Shown: positions 34,120 to 37,983 of the stretch, one piece after another
How the letters are laid out: each line of letters opens with the position of its first letter
How positions within the stretch are numbered: the first letter of the stretch is position 1
From: Eledone cirrhosa
Taxonomy: Eukaryota
NCBI GenBank assembly: GCA_964016885.1
Contig: CAXHJY010000729.1
Location: 1 to 37,983, forward strand
DNA length: 37,983 nucleotides
Direction: 5' to 3'
Position numbers and translations under genes: made by a program
Notes under the pieces: model-generated
What the model saw: only the letters and a program-made list of their open reading frames with translations
The model's database searches: none
Told to the model about the DNA's origin: nothing

Positions 34120-37983
<3,864 letters not shown>

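Overview
AT-rich, repeat-dense animal genomic DNA with spliceosomal (GT-AG) introns, not prokaryotic. The SINE families and very long (TA)n/(TG) microsatellites suggest a mollusc, most likely an octopus or other coleoid cephalopod; this assignment is inferred, not proven. Three genes can be read by hand. (1) The 5' end of an unidentified minus-strand gene, with a putative non-coding first exon at ~5645-5687 and coding exons at 1937-1964 and 1108-1233. (2) A complete five-coding-exon NSMCE2/MMS21 gene (SMC5/6 SUMO E3 ligase, 240 aa, SP-RING) at 17848-26465 on +. (3) The first coding exon of UBR5/EDD/hyd at 31580-31641 on +, followed by an intron ending in a >3.8 kb compound TA/TG microsatellite, which produces the spurious 700-1180 aa ORFs in the track. 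The rest is mobile-element debris: a full-length but dead DD37D (maT) Tc1/mariner element, Helitron-like repeats, at least three SINE families, MITEs, and fragments of RTE, CRE, R4/NeSL-like and probably L1/Tx1 non-LTR retrotransposons. I found no convincing new multi-gene system. The most interesting signals are structural: a foldback-like head-to-head array, nested inverted repeats and inverted SINEs inside NSMCE2 introns (candidate dsRNA, ADAR or circRNA substrates), a miRNA-sized intronic hairpin, and a strand-biased microsatellite.
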